From: Macrostomum lignano
Lineage: Eukaryota
Direction: 5' to 3'
DNA: 27,653 nt
Assembly (NCBI GenBank): GCA_002269645.1
Contig: NIVC01004994.1
Coordinates: forward strand, 1-27,653
Shown one piece after another: positions 1-12,640 of this stretch. Made by a program: the position numbers and the translations under genes. Below the pieces are notes generated by a model, which was not told the origin of the DNA, made no database searches, and worked only from the letters and a program-made list of their open reading frames with translations. The number at the start of each line of letters is the position of its first letter. Positions within the stretch are counted from its first letter, which is position 1.

Positions 1-180
1 CTTGGATTTTAAAGTGTTGAATTATATAAGTGCAAAATTTGATGTTACAAAACGACGAGAGCTAGCCTAGAGGTGAACAAACTGAACTGCTAAATGCAGC
101 GACGATGGTTCGAATTTTCATAGAGTATAATTTTTTAATTAAAGCTTTTCAACGTCAGGAAAACTAAAAGACTTTTAAAA

Positions 181-1200
181 AGAAGCGTCATGTAAAAATC
201 ATAGAAGCGTCATATAAAAAATCATAGTAGCGTCATATAAAAATCATAGATGCGTCATTTAAAAAATCATAGATGCGTCATTTAAACAATCATAGAAGCG
301 TCATGTAAAATATCATAGAAGCGTCATGTAAACCATCATAGAAGCGTCATGTAAAAAATCATAGAAGCGTCATGTAAACAATCATAGAAGCGTCATGTAA
401 ACAATCATAGATGCGTCATTTAAAAAATCATAGATGCGTCATTTAAACAATCATAGAAGCGTCATGTAAAATATCATAGAAGCGTCATGTAAAAATCATA
501 GAAGCGTCATGTAAAAAATCATAGAAGCGTCATGTAAACAATCATAGAAGCGTCATGTAAACAATCATAGAAGCGTCATGTAAAAAATCATAGAAGCGTC
601 ATGTAAAAAATCATAGAAGCGTCATGTAAACAATCATAGAAGCGTCATGTAAACAATCATAGAAGCGTCATGTAAACAATCATAGAAGCGTCATGTAAAA
701 AATCATAGAAGCGTCATGTAAACAATCATAGAAGCGTCATGTAAACAATCATAGAAGCGTTATTTAAAAATCATAGGAGCGTCATGTAAAAATCATAGAA
801 GCGTCATGTAAACAATCATAGAAGCGTCATGTAAACAATCATAGAAGCGTCATGTAAACAATCATAGAAGCGTCATGTAAAAAATCATAGAAGCGTCATG
901 TAAACAATCATAGAAGCGTCATGTAAACAATCATAGAAGCGTCATGTAAACAATCATGGAAGCGTCATGTAAACAATCATAGAAGCGTCATGTAAAAAAT
1001 CATAGAAGCGTCATGTAAAAAATCATAGAAGCGTCATGTAAAAAATCATAGAAGCGTTATGTAAACAATCATAGAAGCGTCATGTAAACAATCATAGAAG
1101 CGTCATGTAAACAATCATAGAAGCGTCATGTAAACAATCATAGAAGCGTCATGTAAACAATGATAGAAGCGTCATGAAAAAATCATAGAAGCCTCATTTA
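181..1200 (+). repeat. Tandem minisatellite, 22-23 bp unit (consensus AATCATAGAAGCGTCATGTAAAC/A), roughly 45 copies
   Basis: Unit read directly, repeated head-to-tail. Variants include gatgcg/gaagcg, catttaaa/catgtaaa and aaac/aaaa. It decays into related AAGAAGCGTCATGT motifs after about 1200. Confidence 0.97.
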
Positions 1201-2101
1201 AAAACTAATGAAAGTGTCATTTAAAAAATTAAGAAGCATCATGGTACAATAAAAGAAGCGTCATGTCAGACATGAAGGGTGTCATGTAAAAATTAAATGC
1301 AGCTATAATGCTGTGCTGGGGAGAAAAACTGAGACGTAAAGGCTCTCAGAGAATAACTGAGATTACGGGGGGGGGTTCTGAGATGTCAAAGCAAAAGTCA
1401 GAAGCTACTTCAAAGTTCATGTACTTTACTCAATTTTTTATTGCATTCTTTGTTGGCTCGCCACGGGGGGGGCGCTGATAGAAGAAAAGTCATGTAAAAA
1501 ATAAAAGTAGCACTATGTATACATAAAAGAAAAGTCATGTCGAAGTTAAAAGATTCATTTGGGAATTGCTACGATGTCAAAGCTTGGAGGAATCGTTATA
1601 GTGCTGTGATTCTTAAAGAAGGAATCACTAAAATGTCAAGGCTTAGGGGAGAAGAATTGCTGAGATTTCAAGGCTTTAGGTTGGGTTAAAGTTAGGTTTA
1701 GGTCAGGTGTGGGTTGAGGGTTATATTTTTATCGGGTTTCAAGGTTAACAGAATAACAGGGGATTTTTTAGATTTCAAGGTTTATGGGGGCCATCGCTGA
1801 CATGTCAAGGCTTACAGGGGGAATAGCTGAGATGTCAAGGCTCACGGGGGTATAAATGAGATTTCAAGGCTAAAGTCAGAAGCTACATGTAGTTTATTGA
1901 AAACTTTTTATTACATTATTTGATGCCTCCTCAGGGGAGGATCGCTGATAAAAAAAGCGTAATGTAAAAAATAAAAGAAGCTTCATGTCGAAGTTAAGAG
2001 ATTCATTTGGGAATCCCTACGATGTCGAGGCTTGCAGGGAATCGCTATAATGCTGTAGTGCTATAATGACTCTTAGAGAGAATTACTGAAATTTCAATGC
2101 T

Positions 2102-2168
2102 TTAGGGTTAGGTTAGGGTTAGGGTTAGGGTTAGGGTTAGGGTTAGGGTAGGCTAGGGTTAGGGTTAG
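2102..2168 (+). repeat. Interstitial telomeric-type (TTAGGG)n tract
   Basis: About 11 TTAGGG units, a few imperfect. A degenerate counterpart lies at about 1676-1723 in the preceding ~480-bp unit. Confidence 0.9.
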
Positions 2169-2544
2169 AAGGTTGACAGATATTTTTAGATTTCCAAGGC
2201 TTATTGGGGGCATTGCTGAGATGTCAAGGGGGGAAGTTGATATGTTAAAGCTTGTGGGGGGGAATTACTGACATGTCAAGGCTTACAAGGTTTGACAGGA
2301 GATTTTTTAAGATTTCAAGGATATATGTAGCTTATTAAAAAAATGTGTATTGCATTTTTTGGCTCCCCAACGGGGGGCGTAGATTGCTAGTATAAACTGT
2401 GACAAAAAACTGAAAAGTATTTGGCACCTAGACCACCGCTTGAGACCTTGGATCTATTCCTGATTTCACAGGCAACGTGAAGCTTTTTAATTGAAGGTTA
2501 GAACCAGAGTGTTTACATAACTTCTCATCGCCAAACACAAACAG

Positions 2545-3427
2545 ATACCAATGGAGCCTTCAGCACAAGAACTCACCCTCGAGCGGGCCCTTCGCGACGC
2601 ATTCGCCAAAGTGGCTGGTGCCGACCTGGAGGTTGATGCTTATGAGCTGCGCGATATTCTCAACATTGCCTTCATGAAAGGTTAGTGGACTGGATGTCGA
2701 TAGACGCATTACTCTAAAAGAAACAAAAATCATTAAGTTTTTGTTATGATTAAACCAGAGTTCAAATTCGACGGCTTCTGCCTCGAGACCTGCCGCTCGA
2801 TGGTGGCTATGATGGACGCCGACCAGTCAGGGAAGCTGGGCTTCCAGGAGTTCAAGACGCTATGGAGCAGCCTGCGACTGTGGAAGACTGCTTTCAAAAA
2901 GTTTGACGAGGACAAGTCTGGTAATTTCAACAGCTACGAGTTGCGGCAGGCCTTGAAAACAGTCGGTGAGTGCTCACAGCAACTTCGCTTTAGTAATTTT
3001 TTTATGGAAGTTTGTCCCATAAAATATTTTCCCGCATTTTATCCACACAAAATTATAATTATCGGCACGGGACCGTGGGATAAGCACTTCTATTTTTTTA
3101 TAGTGACATAATTGAGGAAACTATCTCAATCTGCACTCCAAGGCTACCGAGTAAGCAACAAGATTTTCAACTGCCTGGTGATGCGTTACGCGAATCGCCA
3201 GGGCGTCATCGAGTTTGACGACTTCATCGTCTGCTGCGTACGACTGAAAACGGTCTTTGAGACGTTCAGCGCTCAGGAGAAGACAGCGGATGGCGTTAGC
3301 GCCCTGTTCTCTAAAGACAAGGTGAGAGAAAAGACGCTTTCTCAGGGAAACTTGCTTTCTTAATGCGCTTGTAAAAACTACAAATAACTTTAAATTGCAG
3401 TTTCTAAGCGCAGCGGCTTACGTTTGA
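2545..3427 (+). CDS. Calpain (classical large subunit), 3' exons encoding the penta-EF-hand domain; upstream catalytic exons not seen in this window
   Basis: Phase-compatible GT-AG exons 2545-2680, 2759-2965, 3143-3321 and 3401-3427. They translate as ...RDAFAKVAGADLEVDAYELRDILN...FCLETCRSMVAMMDADQSGKLGFQEFKTLW...FDEDKSGNFNSYELRQAL...IEFDDFIVCCVRLKTVFETF...FLSAAAYV*. AATAAA at 3572-3577. Confidence 0.9.
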
Positions 3428-5420
3428 TCAAAGCTCGATGATATCCATTGAATCTGAAGCTTCAATCAACTTCGAGATGCACATAATTATTTTCTTCGCC
3501 ACCTTTTTATTGCCAATTGACAAATTTGACATAGACAGCTGGTCTAGCTTATGTATCTATTAAAACATTTTAATAAACTAGTCTATTGAGCTCTTTGCAG
3601 AAAATTTTACATCCTCCTTGTTTCGTTTTCATTAAAAGTTTTATCACCCTGTGTCAGGTAGAAAACCTGTATTTACATAACCGTAGGCTCAAGGACCACT
3701 AGGAACACTTCGTTCTAGTCTAGTAGTCCTTGCTTTAGGCTTCAAGTACCAAAATATCTTTATCATGTTATCATGTAAGAAATGGCTTTTCATTCTGGTC
3801 CTGCTTACTAATATTTCTTTGTAAATTAAAAATTGCTCCTGCAGAATTATTGACGCCTCGACGACAGAATACACTATTCGCGTAAAACATTAAAAATGTT
3901 CGTATAACTGACATACTGTTCGTAAATAAATATTATTTGATTTTCGAAAGTTATTATTTTCTCTGTAAATGTACTTATTTAATGGATTTGTCCATAGAGA
4001 TTCTAACAAAAGTGCCTCAATTTAGTTATAACAGATTCAGTGTAGAGTGTAACTTTCATGATGGCATGTCAACTATACCTCTTACGTCTGGATGACACCG
4101 ATTGAACACATGACTTAAAAAAATTGTAGCACATGCTAAAATTAAATTCAAAATTTATCAAAATATCATATCATCCTATTGCGTAGGATAGCTAAAACGT
4201 GGTAATGGGTTCGTCACATTAGCTAAGTCTAAAGGGTTGTGCTAAAAAGATGGACCAGGGATTGGTAGTGCAATTCGACCTTGTTGGGGCCAACTCTCCA
4301 GGCAAGTCGGGTCCACTGTAGCTTGCTGAACACCCTGTGTAGGTTCATGCCTGTGTACATGTACTTATCTGTCAGCGTGTGGGCTCAATGGTTAGCGAAA
4401 TGAGCAAAACTACACCATTTCAACTTCGGATTCGTCTAAAGTGAGTTCAAATTCGTCAGAGTATGCAAAACAAAGGGAAAAGAACTAAAATGTCTATGGT
4501 AAAATTTTGTTAGTGATTTTGAATTCGTCTAAGTGAGTGGAATTCTTCAGTGCAGCAGGAGCATACTGTTCACAGTTAAAGCACAACAGCAACAGACCAA
4601 ACAGAACAGGAAAACAGGCGTTTAAAATCTCAACATGTCCTATTGCAGGTCTTTGTAATAATCTGGCCTCTTTTGTCACGTCACTATTCCAATCTCTATG
4701 AAGTCGTCGTATATCCCGACTGACTGAATGCGTTGTCACAGTGAAGATCAACCCTACCCTCTTCAACATATTTCTTGATGATGTCATTGCCAGTTGTCTT
4801 TTGGATATCCAGTTAAATCGCGAGTTGTCTGCTGGAAACATCGCACGAGTCTACCATGGGCATTCATTCTCTTCCGCTTGAGCGCTATATAGTTTTGCAT
4901 ACACTGACGAATTTGAACTCACTTTACTTGTCTCCTCACTGGCTGGGGAGTGGAATGGATTATCAATACATTCGACCTATAGCTCAGAAAGTGGAATCAA
5001 AGGTTATTTTCGAAAATTTCTCGAGAAATAATATATATTTTACAGGTGCTTCTAAATCTGCAGTGAAATTTTAAAGCTTTATGCAAGTCACGCTATCGAT
5101 TGGGAGATTCTGTAAAAAACTTCTACCGGAAACTGCAAGACAAAGCTGCAAAGGAAATGTTGGGAAAGAGACAATTTCTTTACAAAACCAAAGCACGAAA
5201 GGCGTTGTATCAGTGAAACTTGTATTTATTCAAGGCAAGCAGATTGGATTGACTTTGCGGAAACGAAGGCGGCGTTAAACCTGTTAGTCCCGTTAGCGTG
5301 GTTGGGTGAAAGCTTTTTCGTTGAAACAAAAGCGGCGGAAAAGTGTGGGGCAGAATATTTGACAGCCAGTGCATCTCTCACTTCTCTCCTGTCGCGCAAG
5401 TTAGCGATGCGGTAGCGACT

Positions 5421-5430
5421 GTGACGTCAC
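5421..5430. promoter_or_regulatory. CRE-like palindrome GTGACGTCAC, candidate upstream element of the 6082 gene
   Basis: Perfect 10-bp palindrome containing TGACGTCA in a locally GC-richer stretch. CCAAT boxes lie near 5920 and 5987. Function is not demonstrable from sequence. Confidence 0.25.
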
Positions 5431-6081
5431 GGAGTGAGGCAAGCCTGCTGGCCAGGATATGCTGAAACACTGGGGACAAATTGCACGAGAAATATTTTAA
5501 GTCTATCTTGTTAAGTAAGTAGTGACTTAGCTACAACTTTGTGTGTAGTCTGATGGTTGAATTTATGACGTATAAAAACTGTAACGTGCTGACGTGTTTG
5601 CAGGCCGTAAACTGCTTGTAATTTGCAAGGAACTTCAGGCGAGATTCAAAATTCAGAGTTTGTACGTTCGTCAGTTCTATGCGACCTCCGTTGAGAGCAA
5701 AGGCGAAAAATTATAAAGTTTAAAGTTATGATCGACGAGATTAATAAGTTCATTTCCCATTCATTTTTTATCAGATGGCGTGAGTGCATCGACATAACCG
5801 TAGCTTATGTCTTGCACTCGGCGATTCAATATGAAGCCTTTGTATACTTAGTGCGCTTAAACTTCTGTCCTAAAGCTGACAAATCTTGATTGTTTCATCT
5901 TTCTCGATCTGCAGCTTAGCCAATCAGGACTTGCCGGTTGCCAAACTAAACATTTGCTTTCTTAGCTATAAGAAACTCCTGGCTTGATTGGCGAGGTGAA
6001 ATACACCGGCAATTCTGGTTCAATCTCATAAACGTTGTAGTGATATAGTTGAAAGTTTTTGAATAAGCAAGAGCGGCACAA

Positions 6082-9000
6082 ATGATGTCAAGTGCTGTTA
6101 TTTATTACCTACTGTGGTGGCTGGCTCACTACTGTGGTTCCCAAGTCTGCCTTGGCTACCGGTGGGACTACGTCAAAATCCCCGACTTCAAAGGCACAGA
6201 GTACATCTTCCGCTACCCGATTTCCGATGCCGACCCGCCGACGTTCAACAGGTCCCTGCCGTACGCTACTTTCGCCTCCGACTGCTTGGCCCTGAAGGAG
6301 AACAACCACAGCATATTCGCTCCTCTCAACGACACTCGAGCCGTCGACGCATTCAACAGTCTGATTACCGAAAAGTGAGCCTTTGCTGATTAAATTCTTG
6401 CAAAACCTTTCAACAGTTACATCTTCTGAACTATGAGTCCAAATGAAAGAGTGCTCGCTTAAACATTCCGCAACAAAAATTTCAGCGTTACACTCAGTCT
6501 CATCGTAGACGGCAAAGACCTGTGCACTAATTGGACCTATCAGCCTTATTTTTACACAGGAGGAGACCCGGTGCCCCTTGCCTGGAACATGTTCGGTCCA
6601 TCCTTCACCCCGCCAGCTGGGCAGTGGGACAATTCCTCTGTCGACGCGAAGTTTAACCTGATAGCCTTAAACCGATTCGAGAATAAGTTTCTGTACACAG
6701 CTGTGGACACAAGCGTCGAGTTGTATCCAGTCTGCGAGTATTTCCCTCAGCGTGAGTCGCATTCTGTTAAAAAATTCAATACTTGACACCTTCTAGCACT
6801 TTTATATAAGCAAGCTACTATCTTCAGGTAATGGCTCTGCAGAACCTTACATTGCCTGCAGTCCAGCAAGCCTGGTTGCTAGCTTGGACGGAGGACCGCT
6901 GGTGAATCAGAGCTTCTGCGTCCACTCCACCAAGCTAAAGTTTAAAGACGAGTACCTGCAAGATGCCTACGAGCTGTTCTGCGAAGCCGGCAATGGCCGT
7001 CCCGCGCAAGCGGAGAGCTTAGAGAAACGAGATAAATTATGGTTTGTTTACACTGTTAGAGAAAGTTTAGGAAGTTTTTGGAAAATTTTCCCCATTCTTT
7101 GTGATATCTAAGCTCGACTGTTGAATCTTTGTGCGTAGTCTTGAAATGTATATAAATCCTTATGCGAGCTAGCATAGCATACGGTAGTATAGTCTAATAT
7201 AGTACCATATGATAGTATCTCTGCATCCTTGCAAAGACACAAGACCAGACCCAAAGACTTGAGATCTTTACAAAGACCCCAAAACCAGCCCTCGATAATC
7301 CATCAACTTACTGCTAGCTAAAACTAGCTAAAACGCCTCATTGTGACTCCTCACCGTGTACCCATTGCATTCGGGATTAGGAAATTTCTGAATGATTCAA
7401 TCATTCCGGGAACCTATGTGTTAAACGGAGGCCACCTGATGCTTGCGCTCATGTTCGACACCGGCATGACCAACTGGAGACGTCAGTCCTTCTGCCTTCC
7501 CGGGATCCCCTGCCGGTCTAGTCTCAGCAAAGAGATCCTTAGCCAAGACAAGAGCAAGGGACTTGTCGTGAGATACATCTGGAAAGACTCGTTGCCCAAG
7601 GCGGTTAAGAGAAGCAATTACCACTCCAACGAGGGTGTACTCTGTACAGGTAAGCATCTTTGATTGGAAGCACTTCTCTGTAAAGAAATTTTCACATCTT
7701 TTTCCAAAGCCATCTTTCTATTGCTGGAAGGTTTACATATAGTGAGCGTTACAACGAATAACAAAAACAAACGCTAGTAAAATACATTCAAAGTGCCTCG
7801 CCCACGGGAAGAGAAGAGAGAAGTGAGGAGATAGAACAGCTACGCCAACCTTGAGCGGGCGGGATTGCCATTGTGAAGTTATAAGGACCCGAGGGCCGGA
7901 TTAGAGAGGCCTCGTGGGCTGGAGTTTGCCGACCCCTGCTTTATAACTTTGAAAGGCATTTGCATTATGAACTTCATCATAAATATTCCTTTTGTTGCCC
8001 CTCCCAACGTCACCAGTGTAAAACCAATTTCCAAGGAACGTTGTTCGAACTGCATAGTTACGTGCCGATACGCTTACTGGGAGCATTAGGATGGACAACG
8101 TCTTCTGATACTTAATCTACTGACCCCTTGCTACGTGTAATCCAAAATATACTAACATCCCCAAAGTAGGAAACAAAAATGTCACTCCAGCTTATTTTGG
8201 GTCATCTGAGTTCTGAAGCATTATCCAATCGGTTCAGATCCTCAAAAACTACCATGAGCAAGGGGAGACGAATTTATTGTTTCCAATAAAAATGTACTTT
8301 ATGGGTATTTATTCTGAAATAGACAAACTTACTCTAGAGCTTTAAATTAAACTTATGAGCAAGTTAACTTACAATTAATTTCCACTTCAGCCATGACCTG
8401 CCCCAGTCCGCACACTGACAATCAGCTGACGGAGAGGCATCTCGTCTGCGCCTCCTGGAACAGTTCGCTCTCCGCTGCGGAGCTGCAGCTGAAGAAGCTG
8501 CCGTTTCACCAGATTGAATACACTTGCGCTCCGAACTTTGTGTTCGCTGGTTCTGAAAAAAACGGCAGCAGCATTGTGAGGCGATGCACCCAGGTACAGG
8601 TTCAGCTCGATTAAGCTGAGAATAACTCTAATTCACGTATGTTAAATTAATGACAAACAACCCTAAATGTTTAAAACAGACATAATGGAATCTCCTTAAA
8701 TTAACTTTGCAAAAATCTTTGAAATTTTTCTTACATCCATATTCGTAATTATTGATATATCAAAATAGTAACTCAAGTGACTCAATAATTCCGCCGCTCA
8801 GGACGCCGTGTGGGATATTGAAATGCCCCAATGCGTCTCGCTGCCGTGCACCCAGATGCCCGTCTACCCGAATGACACCGCAACTATCACCAGCTTCACC
8901 ACAAAGGGCGTCACATACAACTACACTGACAGCCAGCTGCTGACGCACCTCTTATCGAACGGAACATTCCGACCCGGGGACGAAATCCACATCTCCTGTG

Positions 9001-10866
9001 AATCCGGTCTCACAGGCTCCAGCCAGACCGCCTCCTGCATGCCTGGCGGCAGCTGGAGCCCCGTCACCATGGACTGCAGCCCCGGATACTGCGGCGGCGT
9101 CTCCGTCCCTCCGACCGTGGCCAACGCGCAGGCCAACGCCACCCTCGGAAACACCTCCTGGGAGGGCGCCAGCCTCGCCTTCACCTGCAACACAAACTAC
9201 AGCGTCGGCGGTCTGCCCAACGGATCTGTCAGCTTCGTCATCAGCTGCATCAACAGCAGCTGGACCTCGTTCACCCACCTGAACTGCCGACCGACCGCCT
9301 GCTCGAGTCTGCCGCCGGGACTGGGAAACTCCAGCCTGTACAGCTCGCTGAACCTCGAGCAGGAGCTGCAGACGGGTCTGCCGGCTTCCGGAGTGCAGGT
9401 CGACGACAGCCTCAGCTACGAGTGCCGGCCCGGCTTCGTTCGGACGACGCAGAACCGGCGGTTGAGCATCTTCTGCAGGCTGGGAGACCGCTGGGAGCCG
9501 GACGTTCCCGGTCCGTGCGAGCTGCTCAACTGCTCACAGCCGGATGCCGTCGTGCTGCAGCCTCAGGCCGCTCGCATGACCGTCATCAATGCATCGTTCA
9601 ACTTTGCTAACAGCTCGCACCTGCCCTACACAAGTTTGGTGCGGCTGAGCTGCGAGGAGCCGTACTTTGCCATGCCGGGCAGCAGCGAGCTGGCCGTGTG
9701 CGGACTGTCAGACGGAGATCCGCCTGCGGCAGTGTGGCGCAGCGTCGGCTCAAATGTGGCCTTCAGCTGCCGCAGTAAGCAGCTTGTCATCATTGCTTCT
9801 AATCCGAAACTTGGAGTGGTGGCTTGCAAAAGAATGCACACCAATCTGGGAAACCTCGTTCTAGATACCGGTATACAATTTTTTTATTGAACTGCCGTCT
9901 TTTTCAATAGCAAGCCATCTTCTAATCTTTTTTAGAGCACTGCAACAACAGTCTCTTAGCGCAGCTGGTGGGATTCGGACTGGTCGACTTCGCCACCAGC
10001 TCCTACACGGATCCCGACCGAGTGGCCAACGTCACCTGCCTTTCGAGCGCATTCGCTCCGCTGGCGGCGAACTTCAGTCTACAGAGCGACTCGCAGTTCC
10101 TCCTACAGGCGGTCTGCACCGCCGGTGACTGGACGGTGCTCAACCAGCTGCTGCTGCCGACATCGGAGACTCTGTGCCAGCCCAAGCCCTGTCTGTTGCC
10201 TACCAACCTGACTCGATCTACAGCCGTGCCCAGCAACAACTTGGGAAACGTGACTACGGGAGACGGTCAGGTGTACCTGCCAGTGAACAGCACCGTGGAA
10301 GTGAGGTGCTGGCCCAACAGCCGGTTTGTAGATGCGTACGCGAGCTCACGGATGGCGGCATGCGAAAAAGGTTTTTAAAATCATAAATCGTATATGTTTA
10401 CAGGAAGATTATATATAAAATTATGTTTACCACTGAAATTCCCTCAGGCTTTTCCTGGATAAAAAAGACCTCAAACTTTGTTTATAAAAACATTTTGCAT
10501 AGAAATTGTTTGTTTACAGCGAGATGACTGCGTAACATAGTGACAGTCTGAAGTGCAGCTATGGGAGCCACCAATTTAATTTTTTCAATCCAGGCCCTCA
10601 GTGGACTGCCGGCGCATCCATGGACTGCCAGCCGGTCACCTGTTCAGAAGACCACTTCGGTCCCGGAATCGATCCCAGCGTGCTGGCCGGTCCTCTGAAC
10701 GCCTCCACATTGGCAGTGGCTGCAGCCGGTCCGTTTCTCGTCGGAGACCAGGTGGCCTTCGTGTGCCGGGAGAATGTGTCTTCTGGCTCAGTTATTTTCA
10801 GCTGTCTGTCTGAACAGAACTTCACAGCGGCTTGGCGACCGGACAAAGCGCAGCCCTACTGTCCAG
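6082..10866 (+). CDS. Secreted or cell-surface mosaic glycoprotein: signal peptide, two divergent C-type-lectin-like regions, multiple Sushi/CCP repeats; 3' end unresolved
   Basis: Inferred exons: 6082-6374, 6486-6751, 6828 to about 7040 (donor uncertain), about 7328-7649, 8391-8593, 8802-9774, 9936-10370 and 10594-10866. All junctions except exon 3/4 are GT-AG and phase-compatible. Hydrophobic N-terminus; CTL-like QDAYELFCEAGNGRPAQAESLE and YPVCEY; repeated C..C..W..C Sushi patterns (ISCESG...SCMPGGSWSPVTMDC; YECRPGF...FCRLGDRWEPDVPGPC); many NxS/T sites. Confidence 0.8.
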
Positions 10867-12640
10867 GTAAATTTTTTGTCTTTTCTGTTTTTGTCATTCT
10901 TGTCAGCTGTACTTTTAGATAAAACTGGGATGGTACATTTATGGTAGTTGAGAAGGAGAAGAAATCGAGGTAAGTGTTTTTAACTGTAAGTCGATTTAAT
11001 ATTTTCATGATGATGTTGGTTTTCTGCTCTTGACATGACAGTTACACTTTGTACGCGTAGTTTTGAATAGAGGTATTACGGATGTATCAATATTATTGGA
11101 GTTAATATTTTAAATATAACAGGCCACTGTTACAAAATGCAACGATGATTTCACTTTGCAAAAATTGAATCCTGATTGTAAAATAATGAGACACGGCTTT
11201 GCTCATCATGAGTAGTCTTTTGCCTTATAATCGATTCATAGCAACTTAAAAAACATGCAGTCGATAGGTCATAAAAATGATACCAGCGTCACACAGACTT
11301 GGGCGAGAACATTGACAGCATCGTCGACTTGTCTGCGACGCCAGAATCAGCGAGCAGGCAGCTGACGAAGCGCCAAATACGCGCCTGCCATCGCTGGTAG
11401 GGCGCCTGCCGCCTCAGCAGAAGCACCTTCTGCGCAGGCGGTGAGCAGTGAGGCTGGGCACGGATGAAGTGGCCTGCCAGCTGTAGTCACCAACGGCGCA
11501 ACAAGTCAAGGGACCAGGCCTGTTTGTCAAGTGCCGCATTGGTGAGTCGCTCGTCGCCAGTCTTGAAGGCGTCGTGCAGCTGGTCCAGCGTGAGTTGCGT
11601 CAGCATGTTGTTCGAGCGTATGTGCAATATGCACATGTAAACTTAGAGATTTATGTAAGTAGTTGTACATATAAGATAAAAATGCTACAATTAGGGATGA
11701 GATGAAATGCAAATTTCAGAGGATTACAAAGGTACGGAAGATTGAAAAAGAATAAAATTACACTACGCTGGATAATCATGAATGTTTAGTGTAATTTCAA
11801 TAAATTAACCAATCACTTACTTGAATTTTCAAAAGCTTAATCTTGGGTGGGGGCAGCTGCAGAATTTCATGTAAATCCCGGTAAAGTGGCTCGCTTAGCA
11901 AGTAAAATAAAGAGAAAGCCAAAAATTAACATGTAGGTTGTTACGACGCGTTTCGCACACCAAGGTGCACCACACCGTCAGACATATTGTTTGAAACGAG
12001 AGAAAGTTGTGAATAAAGCGAATTTATAAATTATTTGACAATGTAACTAATGTAGCTAGTGAGTAAATGTTTCGTATGTAGCTACAAAGAAATTGGAGGT
12101 TGATAGGGAAGGGCGAAGACCAATGAGCAGAAAACAAACTGTAATTGAATGTGCACTGGTACGAGCTAAAATCTTTTTGCTGCTTTCATTTTCTGTTTCA
12201 GATATGGTAGCTTCACAAACATGTGCAAACCCTCCAGGGGCAAATATTAACTCCACAAGAAACATTTGATATCCAAAATCTTTGCTTTTCTGCTGCAAAT
12301 CAATGAAAAAGAGCACCATAAATTAACGAAAGTAAAATTAGCAGTACGCTAGCAAGCATTGTGGGAAGTCCTGCAGACAATGGCTTGAGAATAGGCAGTG
12401 CGTTCTGGTTTTCTGAATAAAATACAGTAAATACAGTGCACAGTACAATGTACGTGCATATGAACGATAATGTTCTTCCAGCGTCTCTGAATACGAGGCA
12501 CTACCTTGAGCACCGCGGAAAATAGTAGTGATGTGTGCAGGTCGCATTTGTAGGAACTAATTTTGATGTAGGACCCGATAGAAATCGTTTTAAATAATAC
12601 TGATACAATGTATATTTTAGACTGTACGTCGTAACTCTGC

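Larger units (their letters stand above)
181..2390 (+). mobile_element. Non-autonomous Helitron-like element or concatemer with internal minisatellites; 5' end not identified
   Basis: GC hairpin GCTCCCC-AAC-GGGGGGC (2362-2378), then 8 nt, then CTAG (2387-2390) and a flanking T, which is the canonical Helitron 3' end. Internal ~480-bp duplicated units (about 1395-1870 and 1871-2320) are built from a ~30-bp GCTGAGATGTCAAGGCTT subunit. Confidence 0.55.

Noticed and set aside
181-1200. CRISPR-like regular repeats
   Set aside because: The units are contiguous with no unique spacers, there are no cas genes, and the context is eukaryotic. The same applies to 12972-13183.
2102-2168. True chromosome end
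   Set aside because: The tract is short, internal and embedded in a larger repeat, with genes downstream.
2472-2476. Possible 5-nt calpain microexon (CACAG|GCAAC|GTGAAG)
   Set aside because: The donor is weak and there is no upstream exon in the window to test phase.
4494-4870. 115-aa minus-strand ORF, and a neighbouring frame with faint hAT-transposase-like words (DVSSRQLAI, TTGNDI, CDNA)
   Set aside because: Motif spacing does not match, the frame has several stops, and no termini were found, so it is too weak to call.
7901-8098. Minus-strand intronic ORF with TFLGNWFYTGDVG, resembling an acyl-CoA synthetase (ANL) motif
   Set aside because: It is an isolated short match, and the expected downstream GRxDD motif and upstream domain are absent.
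8752-10846. Many short overlapping ORFs on both strands
   Set aside because: They are shadow frames of the GC-rich Sushi exons.
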